A stretch of DNA of 27,744 nt from positions 1-27,744 of the forward strand of contig CAVXVB010000001.1 in the NCBI GenBank assembly GCA_963765205.1, read 5' to 3'. Both the position numbers and the translations under genes were made by a program. Of this stretch, positions 19,101 to 27,370 are shown piece by piece. The notes below the pieces were generated by a model that was not told the DNA's origin, did no database searches, and saw only the letters and a program-made list of their open reading frames with translations. The stretch's first letter is position 1. The number at the start of each line of letters is the position of its first letter. The DNA is from an uncultured Verrucomicrobiae bacterium (GTDB lineage: Bacteria > Verrucomicrobiota > Verrucomicrobiia > Opitutales > JABDGR01).

Positions 19101-19236
19101 CGATGAGGCGTTGCTCCAGCAGATGCGCACCCAGCTCTCCCGGAATGATTACCGCTTCGACAACCTGATTGACAACATTGTCACCAGCCGCCAATTTCTA
19201 ACCAAGCAGGGCCGCGACGACCTTGCCCAAAACTAA
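16135..19236 (+). CDS. DUF1592-domain planctomycete-type cytochrome c protein (PSCyt1, DUF1587, DUF1595, DUF1592, DUF1588, DUF1585 layout), 1033 aa
   Basis: Signal/lipoprotein-like N-terminus (LVIAA/C). Two CxxCH motifs (CFSCH, CAACH). Other motifs: RRLSNSEYDYSIRDLTG, GFDN, FAAKAYRRP, LASRLSYFLWSSLPDDELL, TSPVKRGNWV and LLAYALGRSL. Confidence 0.92.
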   Translation: MRSRPLRSCLACASLVLALLVIAACSTARTSATAPAAANPPANLSPLEQGFGGTVRPFMQTYCFSCHSGDKPKGDLDLSSYGNLAAVTSDFSRWALVGKRVKAEEMPPDDAKLYPTADERKQIADWIEAVGAEEAKRHAGDPGIVLARRLSNSEYDYSIRDLTGVDLKPTSEFPEDPSNMAGFDNSGESLVMSPALLNKYLKAARAVADHMFLKPEGFAFAPYPMLVETDRDKYCVMRIIDFYHQQDLDYADYFQAAWRFKHRAELGRPAATLADFAASGKVSPKYLATIWTTLEGTQEKIGPLARLQAMWRDLSRLAANPAVAVERPGCEQMRDYVVQLRKKVEPRFLNIVAGKLTADRQPFLIWKDVQYATHRRTFDPAQLQVAGEPVPAPSTEPEPGAGNAFGPGATPLIKNQRRDPDLVVPAGQRPQYEAAFAKFCSVFPDLFYKESRGRNYFDTSKDQGRYLSAGFHNVMGYFRDDEPLYDLLLDAQQQKELDEMWREMDFVASTTIRMYGQFSSFGEARGNVPTAKPATTDAATTNDAQADDGDPPPEAPMDKDATSEAKIMELKASYLALAQGGSDVAIKAVGDYFDWVNTTIRWVEKARLDAEPGQLAALLQFAAKAYRRPLAPEEKADLLAYYKSLREKDGLDHEAAMRELVVSVLMAPDFCYRIDLGAADSAVRPLSDYDLASRLSYFLWSSLPDDELLAHAAKGDLHEPKVIAAQAQRMVKDSRARALAVEFGGDWLDFRHFDQIGTVDLARFPMFTPELKQAMFEEPVRFLEDVFQHNRPILDLLYAKDTFVNPPLAQLYGIPLADKQPDDWVHIADASPFNRGGLLPMAVFLTKNAPGLRTSPVKRGNWVVKNVLGERIPPPPPNVPTLPPDESKMDLPLRDMLAQHRTDPNCAACHARFDSLGLVFEGYGPIGEQRDKDLAGHPVDASATFPGGSSGTGLAGLQQYIRTVRQNDFVDNLCRKLLAYALGRSLIPSDEALLQQMRTQLSRNDYRFDNLIDNIVTSRQFLTKQGRDDLAQN

Positions 19237-19241
19237 GTTTT

Positions 19242-20606
19242 ATGAGCACCCCGCACCACCATCATAAACGCCGGTTTAACCTATCGCGGCGAACTTTTCT
19301 TCGGGGTGTCGGGGTCACGATGGCGTTGCCGTATCTCGAATCGCTGCCGGGTTTCGGCCGCGCGTCGGCGGCGACAACCGTGACCGAGCCCGGCCTGCCG
19401 ACGGCGTTTCCCAAGCGTTTCGGCGTCCTGTTCATGGGCTGTGGCGTGAGTCCCAACCACTGGTCCGCGCAAGGCAACGGCGCGGACATGCAACTGAGCA
19501 AGACGCTCGCGCCGCTGGAAGGGCTGAAAGGAAAGATCAACGTTATTGACGGCCTGTTCAACAAAAAGGCCACCGGGCAGGGGATCCACCCCGCGCAGAC
19601 GGGCAACCTGCTCTCCGGTGTGCCTTTTGCCAAGGGCGCCATTATCCATAGCGGAACCAGCGTGGACCAGGTCATCGCCAACCAAGTCGGCCAGGACACG
19701 ATCCAGCCCAGCATGGTGCTGGCCTGCGAGCAACCGATGACCGGCTACCACGAATCGAATTTTTCCAACGCTTACAGCTCGCACATTTCCTGGGCCAGCG
19801 CGGATTCGCCGGTGCCCAACGAAATGTATCCCTCGCTGGCCTTCGACAGCCTGTTTGAGAACAGCGGCAGCCAGCGCAACATCAGCATTTTGGACCGGGT
19901 GAAAGACCGCGCCGCTCAACTGAGCCGGCAAATCAGCGCCACCGACAAAATTAAATTGGAGGAGTATTTGTCCAGCGTGCGCGATGTCGAAAAGGGCATT
20001 GAGCGGATGCGCGCCGACAAGGACAAGGCCGAGGCCAGCGCCCAGGACAAGGGCCGGCCCGTGTTCACCATGAAGCGGCCCGACAACGGCCTGCCCGAGG
20101 ATTTGCGCGACCACACGCGCCTCATGTGCGATATCGTCGCGCTTGGTTTCCAGACCGACAAAACGCGCGTGGCCTCGCTGATTCTGGCCCGCGACCTTTC
20201 GTCCCTCTACTATCCTTTCCTCGGGGTGAGCGGTGCGCATCACGGCGCCTCGCACAATGACACGTCGGACGCTTATGAGAGCATCGTCCGCTTTCACTTG
20301 AGCCAATACGCCTACCTGGCCAAGCGCCTTGAAGCCATGCCCGAGGGCGAAGGCACCGTGCTCGACCATACCTGCCTGATGTTCATGTCTAACATGTTTT
20401 CCGGCACCAAGCATGACAACAGCCGGGTGCCCATCATTACCGCCGGCAGCCTCGGCGGCGCTTTGCAGACCGGCCGCGTGCTCGATTACAGCCAGAAGGG
20501 CGACGACAACCGCAAGTTGTGCAGTTTCTACCTCAGTCTGATGGACAAAATGGATGTGCGTCTCGACCATTTCGGCGATTCTGACAGCCGCTTGGCCGGA
20601 ATATAA
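19242..20606 (+). CDS. DUF1552 (HXXSHH-family) Tat-exported protein
   Basis: Twin-arginine signal SRRTFLRGVGVTMALPYLESL. Motifs SVDQVIA, ISW, SILD, KLEEYLSSVRDVE, FQTDKTRV, HHGASHN and EGEGTVLDHT. Starts 5 bp after its usual DUF1592 partner. Confidence 0.93.
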   Translation: MSTPHHHHKRRFNLSRRTFLRGVGVTMALPYLESLPGFGRASAATTVTEPGLPTAFPKRFGVLFMGCGVSPNHWSAQGNGADMQLSKTLAPLEGLKGKINVIDGLFNKKATGQGIHPAQTGNLLSGVPFAKGAIIHSGTSVDQVIANQVGQDTIQPSMVLACEQPMTGYHESNFSNAYSSHISWASADSPVPNEMYPSLAFDSLFENSGSQRNISILDRVKDRAAQLSRQISATDKIKLEEYLSSVRDVEKGIERMRADKDKAEASAQDKGRPVFTMKRPDNGLPEDLRDHTRLMCDIVALGFQTDKTRVASLILARDLSSLYYPFLGVSGAHHGASHNDTSDAYESIVRFHLSQYAYLAKRLEAMPEGEGTVLDHTCLMFMSNMFSGTKHDNSRVPIITAGSLGGALQTGRVLDYSQKGDDNRKLCSFYLSLMDKMDVRLDHFGDSDSRLAGI

Positions 20607-20669
20607 GCCATGACGCCTGCCTGGCCTTGGCCGCCCCACGCCATCCATCACTTGCCCCAAGCGCGCCCT

Positions 20670-20868
20670 GCCCGTCTGGATGAACGCCGACCAGCCGTTC
20701 TTTTGCTATGTGCCCGCCGCCAAAGCCGGATTCACGATTACGCAGGACCAGCCCTACACCGCGCGCTACCGCTTCATCGTGCAAGACGGCCTGCCGAACG
20801 CGAAGTTTCTCGAAGCCTGCTGGCAAGGCTTCGCCCACCCCGCCACGGCGATGGTTGAGGGAAACTGA
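20670..20868 (+). pseudogene. 189-bp direct repeat, copy 2: orphan 3' fragment of the PmoA-family gene
   Basis: Encodes PVWMNADQPFFCYVPAAKAGFTITQDQPYTARYRFIVQDGLPNAKFLEACWQGFAHPATAMVEGN*. It is about 97% identical to 15367-15555 and has no upstream part of the gene. Confidence 0.9.
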
Positions 20869-20900
20869 AGCGTTTTTCTCTATCAAAAAACTTGAAAAAG

Positions 20901-20984
20901 TGGTGGGAGAGGGAGTCGAACCCCCGAAGGGCAGAGCCCAGCTGATTTACAGTCAGCGTCCTTTGGCCACTTGGTTATCCCACC
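20901..20984 (-). tRNA. tRNA-Tyr (anticodon GTA)
   Basis: Minus strand GGTGGGATAACCAAGTGGCCAAAGGACGCTGACTGTAAATCAGCTGGGCTCTGCCCTTCGGGGGTTCGACTCCCTCTCCCACCA. Acceptor stem GGTGGGA/TCCCACC, anticodon arm GCTGA-CTGTAAA-TCAGC, long variable arm and a TTCGA T-loop. CCA is not encoded. Confidence 0.97.
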
Positions 20985-21208
20985 GTTGAACCAAACGTGA
21001 AATCAATCACGCGTGAGCGCGGGTGCCAAGCCTATTCTGCGGCTGCAGAAGGCGACTGAGGGTGCTGACGCGACTGAGGGAGCAGAGGCAACGATGCCCA
21101 GGGTTTGCTTTGTGGCGCTGAGTTTCAGCCAGCGCTCCGGATTGTGCGAACCCTGAAGAAACACTGGCAGAAGCTCCGTGCCACAAAAAGGGATCACCAA
21201 GCCCATGC

Positions 21209-21350
21209 TCAATCCTTGGACTTGCCCGCGCTGCTGCCACTCCGACCGCCGCCACCGGTTTTTTGGACGGCGTATTGGCCCGGACCGGTGAACAGCAGCG
21301 CGAGAAACACGGTGCAAAAAATCAGTGGCGCGTCGGTTTGGCCAACATAA
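21209..21350 (-). other. C-terminal end of a DoxX-like membrane protein, joined in frame to the fucosidase fragment
   Basis: YVGQTDAPLIFCTVFLALLFTGPGQYAVQKTGGGG...* is a hydrophobic helix ending in LFTGPGxY, the pattern seen at DoxX C-termini. It is unrelated to GH29. Confidence 0.6.
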
Positions 21351-22339
21351 TCGGCGGGAATATTGATCAGCAGTTGCGTGCCATTCCCCACCGACCGGTA
21401 GTAAATCTCGAGCAGGCTCGCGAGTGGCAGCAGGTTGCGCTCGTTCTGTGCGCTCCAAAACCAGTTGGGCCGGAGAATGGAAACGTCCGTCTCCATGGGA
21501 AGCCACACGGAGCCGTTGGGGTCGCCATGCATCGCGGTCGAGATTCCCGTCTCGGCGTCGGATTTTGATACGGCGTTCCAGGCCGGATAAGGGGCAAATC
21601 CATCTTCATTGCCCACCCAACGAATGGTGGCGGAAGGTCCCTGGAAGATCATGGCGTGGGGGGCGCGGTCCTTGAGGATGTCGCCCACGGAAAACACCAG
21701 CGATCCATCAAACCAGATTTCCACCAGCTCGCCGTAGCGCGTCACGAGTTCCGTGAGTTGGCGGCGATAGAGGGCGTTATAAGCCTTCTGCTTTTCCGCG
21801 TTCTGGCAGCGTCCGCCGGTGCCCGCGCCGAACTTATCGTCACGCGGAGAAAGATAGACACCCAGCTTCAGCCCGCGCCGGCGGCAGGAACGGGAGAGAT
21901 CGGCCATCACATCGCCTTTCCCATTTCGCCAGGGGGTGTTGCGAATCCCGTAGTCGGTGGTCTCGGTCTGCCACATGCAGAATCCACCCACATGCTTGGC
22001 GACAAACACAATGTACTTTGCCCCCAGGCCCGCGGCGCATTCCGCCCACTCGTCAGTGTCGATCTCCGCGGGATTAATGGCGGAAAGAGGCGTGGAAAGG
22101 TCATCATATTCCCGGTCCTGCCAGGTGTTGGGCGCGAAGTGTACGAACATTCCGACTTCGAGATCCTGCCAGGCGGTTTGCTCCGGCGTCGGCACGGCAA
22201 GTTTGATCTCCGGCGTGGAGGCGGCAAGTTTAATCTCAGGCCCGGAGGTGTGAATCGCTTGCGCCCGTGAAATTTTTTGACTAAGAGGCAGAGCGGCACT
22301 CGCTCCAATGATGGAATTGATAAAGCCACGCCGGTTCAT
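21209..22339 (-). CDS. Alpha-L-fucosidase (GH29), Tat-exported; GH29-like sequence stops at ~21350
   Basis: SD AAGGAAGGAG precedes ATG 22339, and the Tat signal is MNRRGFINSIIGASAALP. GH29 motifs: PTPEQTAWQDLEVGMFVHF, AKHVGGFCMW, KLGVYLSPRD, EIWFDG (nucleophile Asp), IRWVGNEDG, ETDVSILRPNWFW, YYRSVG and LLINIP. Confidence 0.88.
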   Translation of the reverse strand: MNRRGFINSIIGASAALPLSQKISRAQAIHTSGPEIKLAASTPEIKLAVPTPEQTAWQDLEVGMFVHFAPNTWQDREYDDLSTPLSAINPAEIDTDEWAECAAGLGAKYIVFVAKHVGGFCMWQTETTDYGIRNTPWRNGKGDVMADLSRSCRRRGLKLGVYLSPRDDKFGAGTGGRCQNAEKQKAYNALYRRQLTELVTRYGELVEIWFDGSLVFSVGDILKDRAPHAMIFQGPSATIRWVGNEDGFAPYPAWNAVSKSDAETGISTAMHGDPNGSVWLPMETDVSILRPNWFWSAQNERNLLPLASLLEIYYRSVGNGTQLLINIPADYVGQTDAPLIFCTVFLALLFTGPGQYAVQKTGGGGRSGSSAGKSKD

Positions 22340-22547
22340 GACGGTGAATCTCCTTCCTTTGCGCGGACAAGATACCACTGCCGGCGAGGTGGCGAAAGCA
22401 ATAACGGCGCCTTCCGCGGCACGGTGCGGTCTTCAGAGACCGTGCGCCATTCGGACATTGCGCGCCGCTCGCTTATGTGGAGATAAAGGGACAGCTCGAT
22501 TGAGGCTACATGGGACTTTGGGGGAGTTTAGGCGTGGATTTTAGGTG

Positions 22548-22719
22548 CGGCCATAATGTCACGGCGAAATCGTCCATCGAGGCGCGCATAAATCAGACTT
22601 TATGACCGCCAGCGAAACAGAATGCCCCGTGCGAATCGGACACTATGACCCAGCGCTCATTGGACATTGTGACCGTAATTGAGAGCTTGAACCCCTGCAT
22701 AATTTAGACATTTTGACCG
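22548..22719. promoter_or_regulatory. Cluster of five GAC-N5-GACC(G/C) motifs upstream of the fucosidase gene
   Basis: Direct copies: GACTTTATGACCG (22596), GACACTATGACCC (22639), GACATTGTGACCG (22663), GACATTTTGACCG (22707). One inverted copy, GACATTATGGCCG, at 22548-22560. Confidence 0.55.
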
Positions 22720-22829
22720 AATCCCCACACCGAAGCCGACCCATCGGGAGCATTGAACGCACTTCGCGACTGGGTTTTTGGAGTTTTGGGAACTGTCAAA
22801 AAATGTCACATTGCCGGCGAAGACCACTC

Positions 22830-22880
22830 AAAAAAGAACTCCCGCTCCAGTGTGAGCCGAAGCCCAAACTGAAGCGGGAG
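22830..22880 (-). terminator. Rho-independent terminator of the porin gene
   Basis: Minus strand CTCCCGCTTCAGT-T-TGGGC-TTCG-GCTCA-C-ACTGGAGCGGGAG then TTCTTTTTT: a long stem with a C(UUCG)G loop, about 36 bp after the porin stop. Confidence 0.85.
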
Positions 22881-22916
22881 GAAGGCGCGCGTGACGCTCA
22901 GTAACCGTTCAGAAAC

Positions 22917-24740
22917 TTACTTGCCCATGGTCGGAGCCGAACCGGGCAGCGAGTAGCGCAAGTTGAAGAACAGCATATCGATGCTTGCATTTGCTGGAGT
23001 GCCGGTGGCCGCATACCACGGATCGCGGGTCAAATACGAATACTGGCCCATGAAGTTCAGGGCGCCGTACTTCGGGTTCTTCCAGATGGTCTGGTTGAAT
23101 CCAACTGTGGCTTCCTGAATGGCGCGATTCTGGGAGGTTCGCCGCGCCGTGATAGCCGTAACCGATCAGGGTGGTTCCGTTGGCGTCGTACGCGGTGTTG
23201 CGATCGATGTAAATGCCGCCATAGTAGGCATAGATCATGGTCTTCTTCTGGGTGAATTCGAAGCCCGTCACTGTGGAACCACTGTGAACCAGCGAGATGG
23301 TGCCATCGGCATGGGCAATTAGATCCGGAGCTTCGCCGTACATATAGCGGCCCCCACCGTCGCTCCAGAAGTTGTTGGTCAGCAGGCGAAAGCCCTTGAC
23401 TACTTCGAAGCTTGCATTGACGAAAGCGGCGCCGCCCTCAGCCGTATGACTGGTCGTCGTGGCGCCATCGTAAACTTTGAAGTTTCGCTCAACTCCGCCA
23501 AATTCGAAGTGAACGTGTTTGCTGGGATCAAACGCCAGTTTGGAAATCAAATCGGGAGCAACGTTGGGAGTGGACAAGGTGTTGCCGCTTCCATTGTCCA
23601 GTTCGCCGAGATAGGTGGTGGAGGTATTGAGAAGGGCCGGCAGGGTGACTGTCGCGGATCCGCCGTTGCCTCCGATATACTGATCGGGATTGTCGATGGC
23701 AAAACCCCAAGCCACTTTCTTGGAGGGGTGCCAAACCAGGCGCAGTTCAGGGGTTCGGCCAAACACCAAACCCAATTGGTAATTCACATCGATATCTTGC
23801 GAATAGAAGATGTCGGCGGGGAGCGGTGAAATGCCTACGCGGCCCGGAGTTGCCAAATTCCAGGTTTGGCCGCCCAGGATTTCAAAATGTCCCGTATTGA
23901 GGTCAACAAAGTAAACACGCTCGCGCAAGGTGTTGCTGTTGGTTGTTTCCGTAACGTTGGTGGCATTGTTACCGTGGAAGTCCGCCTCCAAGTAACCCAT
24001 CACGTGGGCCCCGTGCACATTCGCATCCACGCGTAAACCGATGCGGGAGTTCTCAGTGCTCAGGCGAAACTCGCTGAGGTTGGGAGCATATCCGGTCGAA
24101 CTGGCGTAGGGAATGTTGCCAAAGTTCGTTGCGATGCTGCCGTTGGTGTCATGGTTCCGGTAGACGCTGGTGAAATCCATGAAGGCAACGGGAGTTATCG
24201 TTGCATCGCCAATGTGAATTTGAAGTGGAGAGGTCTCGTCGCCCCCACCCGGCGTAGCCGCCCATATGAATCGTAGGGGATCCTACCGCCGATGAGGTGA
24301 TGGCGTTTTCCGTATTCTTCTTGGACTGGGGAATCATCGGGCTCGTGGAAGCGACATCGCCGAGACTGGTGGTGTGCTCTTGAGAAGCTTGCTGGGCGCT
24401 CACGGCAGCCTTGGCGGGTTGCGCCGGTTGGGCGGGTTGGGCCGCTTGCTCGGGTGCCGGGGCGGGCTTGGAAAGCTGTTCCAGAAGCCGATTCTGTTCC
24501 GCCAACGCTTTCTGCATCTGCTCGATTTGCTGCTGCTGCAGAGCCATCTGTTTCTTAAGCAAGGTAATTTGATCATTGGTGCTTGCGACTGGGTTTCGTC
24601 GCACTTGCCGCGGGAGGCGTAGTGGCATCCCCCGAGGAAGAAGGTTCATCCTTGGCGAAAATACCCCATGTCGTAAGTACCATGAGAAGCATCGCCATAC
24701 CCACAACGTTAGGGGTAACAAGCCTGCGTTTGCGCATCAT
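22917..24740 (-). CDS. Outer-membrane beta-barrel/porin-like protein (DcaP-like) with an N-terminal coiled coil; three single-base frameshifts
   Basis: TAAGGAG SD precedes ATG 24740 and a signal peptide. A Gln-rich coil follows (QITLLKKQMALQQQQIEQMQKALAEQ). Barrel motifs: SPLQIHIGDATITP, ENSRIGLRVD, GYLEADF, NSNTLR. C-terminus: MLFFNLRYSLPGSAPTMGK*. Removing one base each at ~24592, ~24248 and ~23136 joins all pieces. Confidence 0.75.
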
Positions 24741-25047
24741 CTGCTCCTTAGAGTTTTTGCGTTGAAGATTTCCAAGATACGTTCGTCTCTTCCCATCCGG
24801 GAACAAACCCAACGCTTGTAAAATTTGCCCGGCAAGAAGCCGGACTCATAGGGTTGTCGCCATTGGTCGAAGCAGCCGGCAACCGAAATTCGAGGAATAA
24901 CCAAAGCCTTCCAATGCAGCGGGATAGACGGAACCCTCGGGGTAACAGGGTTTCAAAAAGTACTCCTGGAACCACCGACCTGCTGCCATCCCGCCCTAGA
25001 GGGCCTTCCTCTAAATAATGATCCTTCATATCGTGGAGGGTGGTGAT

Positions 25048-25084
25048 TAACAGGATGTGATAAGCATGTGACATGAAGATTACA
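25048..25084 (-). promoter_or_regulatory. Pho-box/OmpR-family-like direct repeats upstream of the porin gene
   Basis: Minus strand TGTAA-tcttca-TGTCA-catgct-TATCA-catcc-TGTTA gives four TGTCA-like half-sites spaced 11, 11 and 10 bp. Confidence 0.4.
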
Positions 25085-25546
25085 TCGTCAGCAGGACAAA
25101 ATAGCCGACGAGATTCCGGCGGAGTTAATATCTCGACTCGCGCTTTGCAACACGAGAGACTTGGCCCTACGATCTGCGCACTAATTCTATAAGGAATCTT
25201 AGCTCCCCCAGAAGGTAAATACGTCCCAATCTCGCAGGATTACTCAAGTCTAACCATCTTTCTGCCGAAAGATTACTGGAGGGTCCTTTTGCATGTCGAA
25301 GGCGGAGTTGTCGCTCGCGCAAGGGGTAACTTGAAGGAACAAAAGTAGTTGTCAATGTCGGCATCGACTTCCGAAGATCGCAGCCGAGCCTCGCGGAGGC
25401 GGCATGAAGTGAACGCATTGTCGGATGTGCTGCTGCCGCTGACAACCCAAACACTTATGAGGAATGGCCGATTCGAAGAGATTTCAGATAGGCGGGCTAG
25501 TTGCGCCTACGTTCGCCCTCTTTAAGAGTTAAAAAAAGGAGTAGGA

Positions 25547-26985
25547 ATGGCCACGATGACTCCCGGCAATGGTCGCAATCTCAGCTTTCTGCCCAGTGCC
25601 ACCCCCTATGTTCGAACCCACGAGCCGCCCGCGGCGTCTTCGGATGACCCTGTTGGTTTCGTGGACGAAGTCTTCGGCCCGGACCCATCAGCTTTCCCTC
25701 TTAGTGGAAGCAAACGCGGCATTAGCGGGCGCCCTCGATGTGGAATCCGTCCTCGGTCCCATCCTTTCGCGTTTGGCGGATCGTGAACGTCTCAGCCTCG
25801 CTCGCATCTATCGGTGGGAGGAATCTACCGACGAACTCCAACGGGTGGCCTTTGGCGGTAGGAAAGGCGGATCGTCCCGGGTTGTTTCCCTCAAGGATCA
25901 CAACCTCCTGGCATGGGCGGTCCAGCAGAAGCAATCGGTCTATGCTCCACACACTGAAAGCGACCCTCGGTGTGAAGAGTACAGCAAACAGGTGAAGTGC
26001 GCCTACGCTGTTCCTTTGCTTGCCAATGAGAGGTTATTGGGCGTTTTGGATGTCGCCGCCGATCAGCCCGATGGCATTCGATCCGTAACCCGAAAGCTGA
26101 TCGATCAGTTTGCCACGCAAGCCGCGCTGGCGCTTGAACGCAGCGAACTGTACAAGCAGTTGCGTGTTTCCGAGGACCGTTTTCGCTCAATTTTTGAACA
26201 GGTTTCCTTAGGGGTCGTGCTGGTTAAACTGGATGGCCGGTTCTCAACCGTGAACCCCGCTTTTGCCCGGTTACTCGGCACAACGCGCGGAGAGTTGGAA
26301 GGCAAGCACTTCGCCGAAATTACGGATCCGCGGGATGTGGTGGCCATCGAAGGCTGGGTGCAGGAGTTGCTTGAAGGCGAGGAGAGCCAGGTAACGTTTG
26401 AAAGGCGCTGACTGGCGCGCCGGCGGGAGCCCCGTGTGGTGCGCTACCAACATCACCCTACTCTGCGACGCCGCCGGCCGCCCCTGATTTTTCCTTGGAA
26501 TAATTCAGGACATCAGCGAGCGCAAGAAGGCGGAGGAGGAACGTAATCGGTTGCAGCAGCAGCTTTTTCAAGCCCAGAAGATGGAGGCTTTGGGAACGTC
26601 GCGGGGGGAATCGCCCACGACTTCAATAATTTGCTCAGCGTCATGTTGGGATTCGCGTCGCTGGCCCGTCAACGCCTGGGTTCCGACGACCCCCTGCAGG
26701 ATTCCATGGGCATGATTGAGGAGTCAGCCCAGCGTGGCGCGGAACTAACACGCCAACTCCTCGCCTTCGCCCGTCCCGAGCGGCAGCAGATCAAGCCAGC
26801 GTGCGTTCAGCAGGCCTTGAATCGTGTTCGTCGCATGGTGGAGAGAACCTTCGATCGAAACATCAATGTCGAGACCATTTGTGAAAGCGAACCTCTGTGG
26901 GTAAATGCCGAACCCAGTTATCTGGAACAGGCGCTGCTGAATCTCTGCATCAATGCTCGAGACGCGATGCCCCACTGGCGGGATT
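25547..26985 (+). pseudogene. GAF-PAS sensor histidine kinase, frameshifted and cut off inside the HATPase domain
   Basis: AAGGAG precedes ATG 25547. GAF: AYAVPLLANERLLGVLDV. PAS: SEDRFRSIFEQ...VNPAFARLLG. PAC: GIIQDISERKKAEE. H-box: QAQKMEALG...AGGIAHDFNNLL. N-box: LEQALLNLCINARDAMP. Disruptions at ~25673, ~26410, an in-frame TGA at ~26485 and ~26598; no G1/G2 boxes follow. Confidence 0.88.
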
Positions 26986-27302
26986 AAAACAAAAGAAAAA
27001 GTTAAAAAGGAAGCCGCCGCGCTTTACATCTTTATCCGCGCCAAGCCTTTTACCGACTGGATAAAACTAGATATTATCAGGGATGAAAAAGGCTTTATTG
27101 AAACGGGACGGGAACTAAGGAGATACGACAACTTTGGCAAAATATGGAAAACAAACCGTGACCCATTTTTGCTCGAAACCAGTTGCGGGGGCATATTTGC
27201 CGCTGGCGATGTGCGTGCCGGTGCCATGACCGCGTAGCATCCGCCGTCGGCGAAGGCTCAATGGCCATCAGCTTTGTGCATAAGTATCTGGCGGAGGTGT
27301 AG
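26983..27302 (+). CDS. C-terminal fragment of a thioredoxin reductase-like FAD-dependent oxidoreductase (5' part absent; frameshift at ~27229)
   Basis: Reads ALYIFIRAKPFTDW...DEKGFIETG...PFLLETSCGGIFAAGDVRAGAM. Restoring one base continues RVASAVGEGSMAISFVHKYLAEV*, containing the second FAD-binding motif of TrxB-family proteins. Confidence 0.88.
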
Positions 27303-27370
27303 GGTTGTTGGAATGTTGTAAAGTTGAAATGTTGTAAGGTTGATTAAGTTTTAAATAAAAATAATTTTTT

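Noticed and set aside
14543..20660. Minus-strand ORFs 14543-16060, 16723-17616, 18520-19194 and 19281-20660
   Set aside because: They are antisense to well-supported PmoA-family, DUF1592 and DUF1552 genes.
21168..21183. Sigma-54-like TGGCACG-GAGC-TTCT on the minus strand (also TGGCAC at ~15708)
   Set aside because: The essential -12 GC is missing in both cases.
22195..22252. Short duplication encoding PEIKLA twice in the fucosidase N-terminus
   Set aside because: It is real but lies in the linker after the signal peptide and has no evident functional meaning.
22581..22610. dif/cer-like site GGCGCGCATAA-8 bp-TTATGACCGCC
   Set aside because: The XerC-like arm matches well, but the normally better-conserved XerD arm matches only TTATG. 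The sequence is better explained as part of the GAC-N5-GACCG array.
22793..22810. CTGTCAAAAAATGTCACA resembling a Pho box
   Set aside because: The half-sites are 10 bp apart rather than 11, and the motif points at the porin terminator rather than at a gene start.
21346..26987. GATTA present at both suspected chimeric junctions
   Set aside because: A 5-mer at two imprecisely located breakpoints is easily chance and matches no ligation scar I can name.
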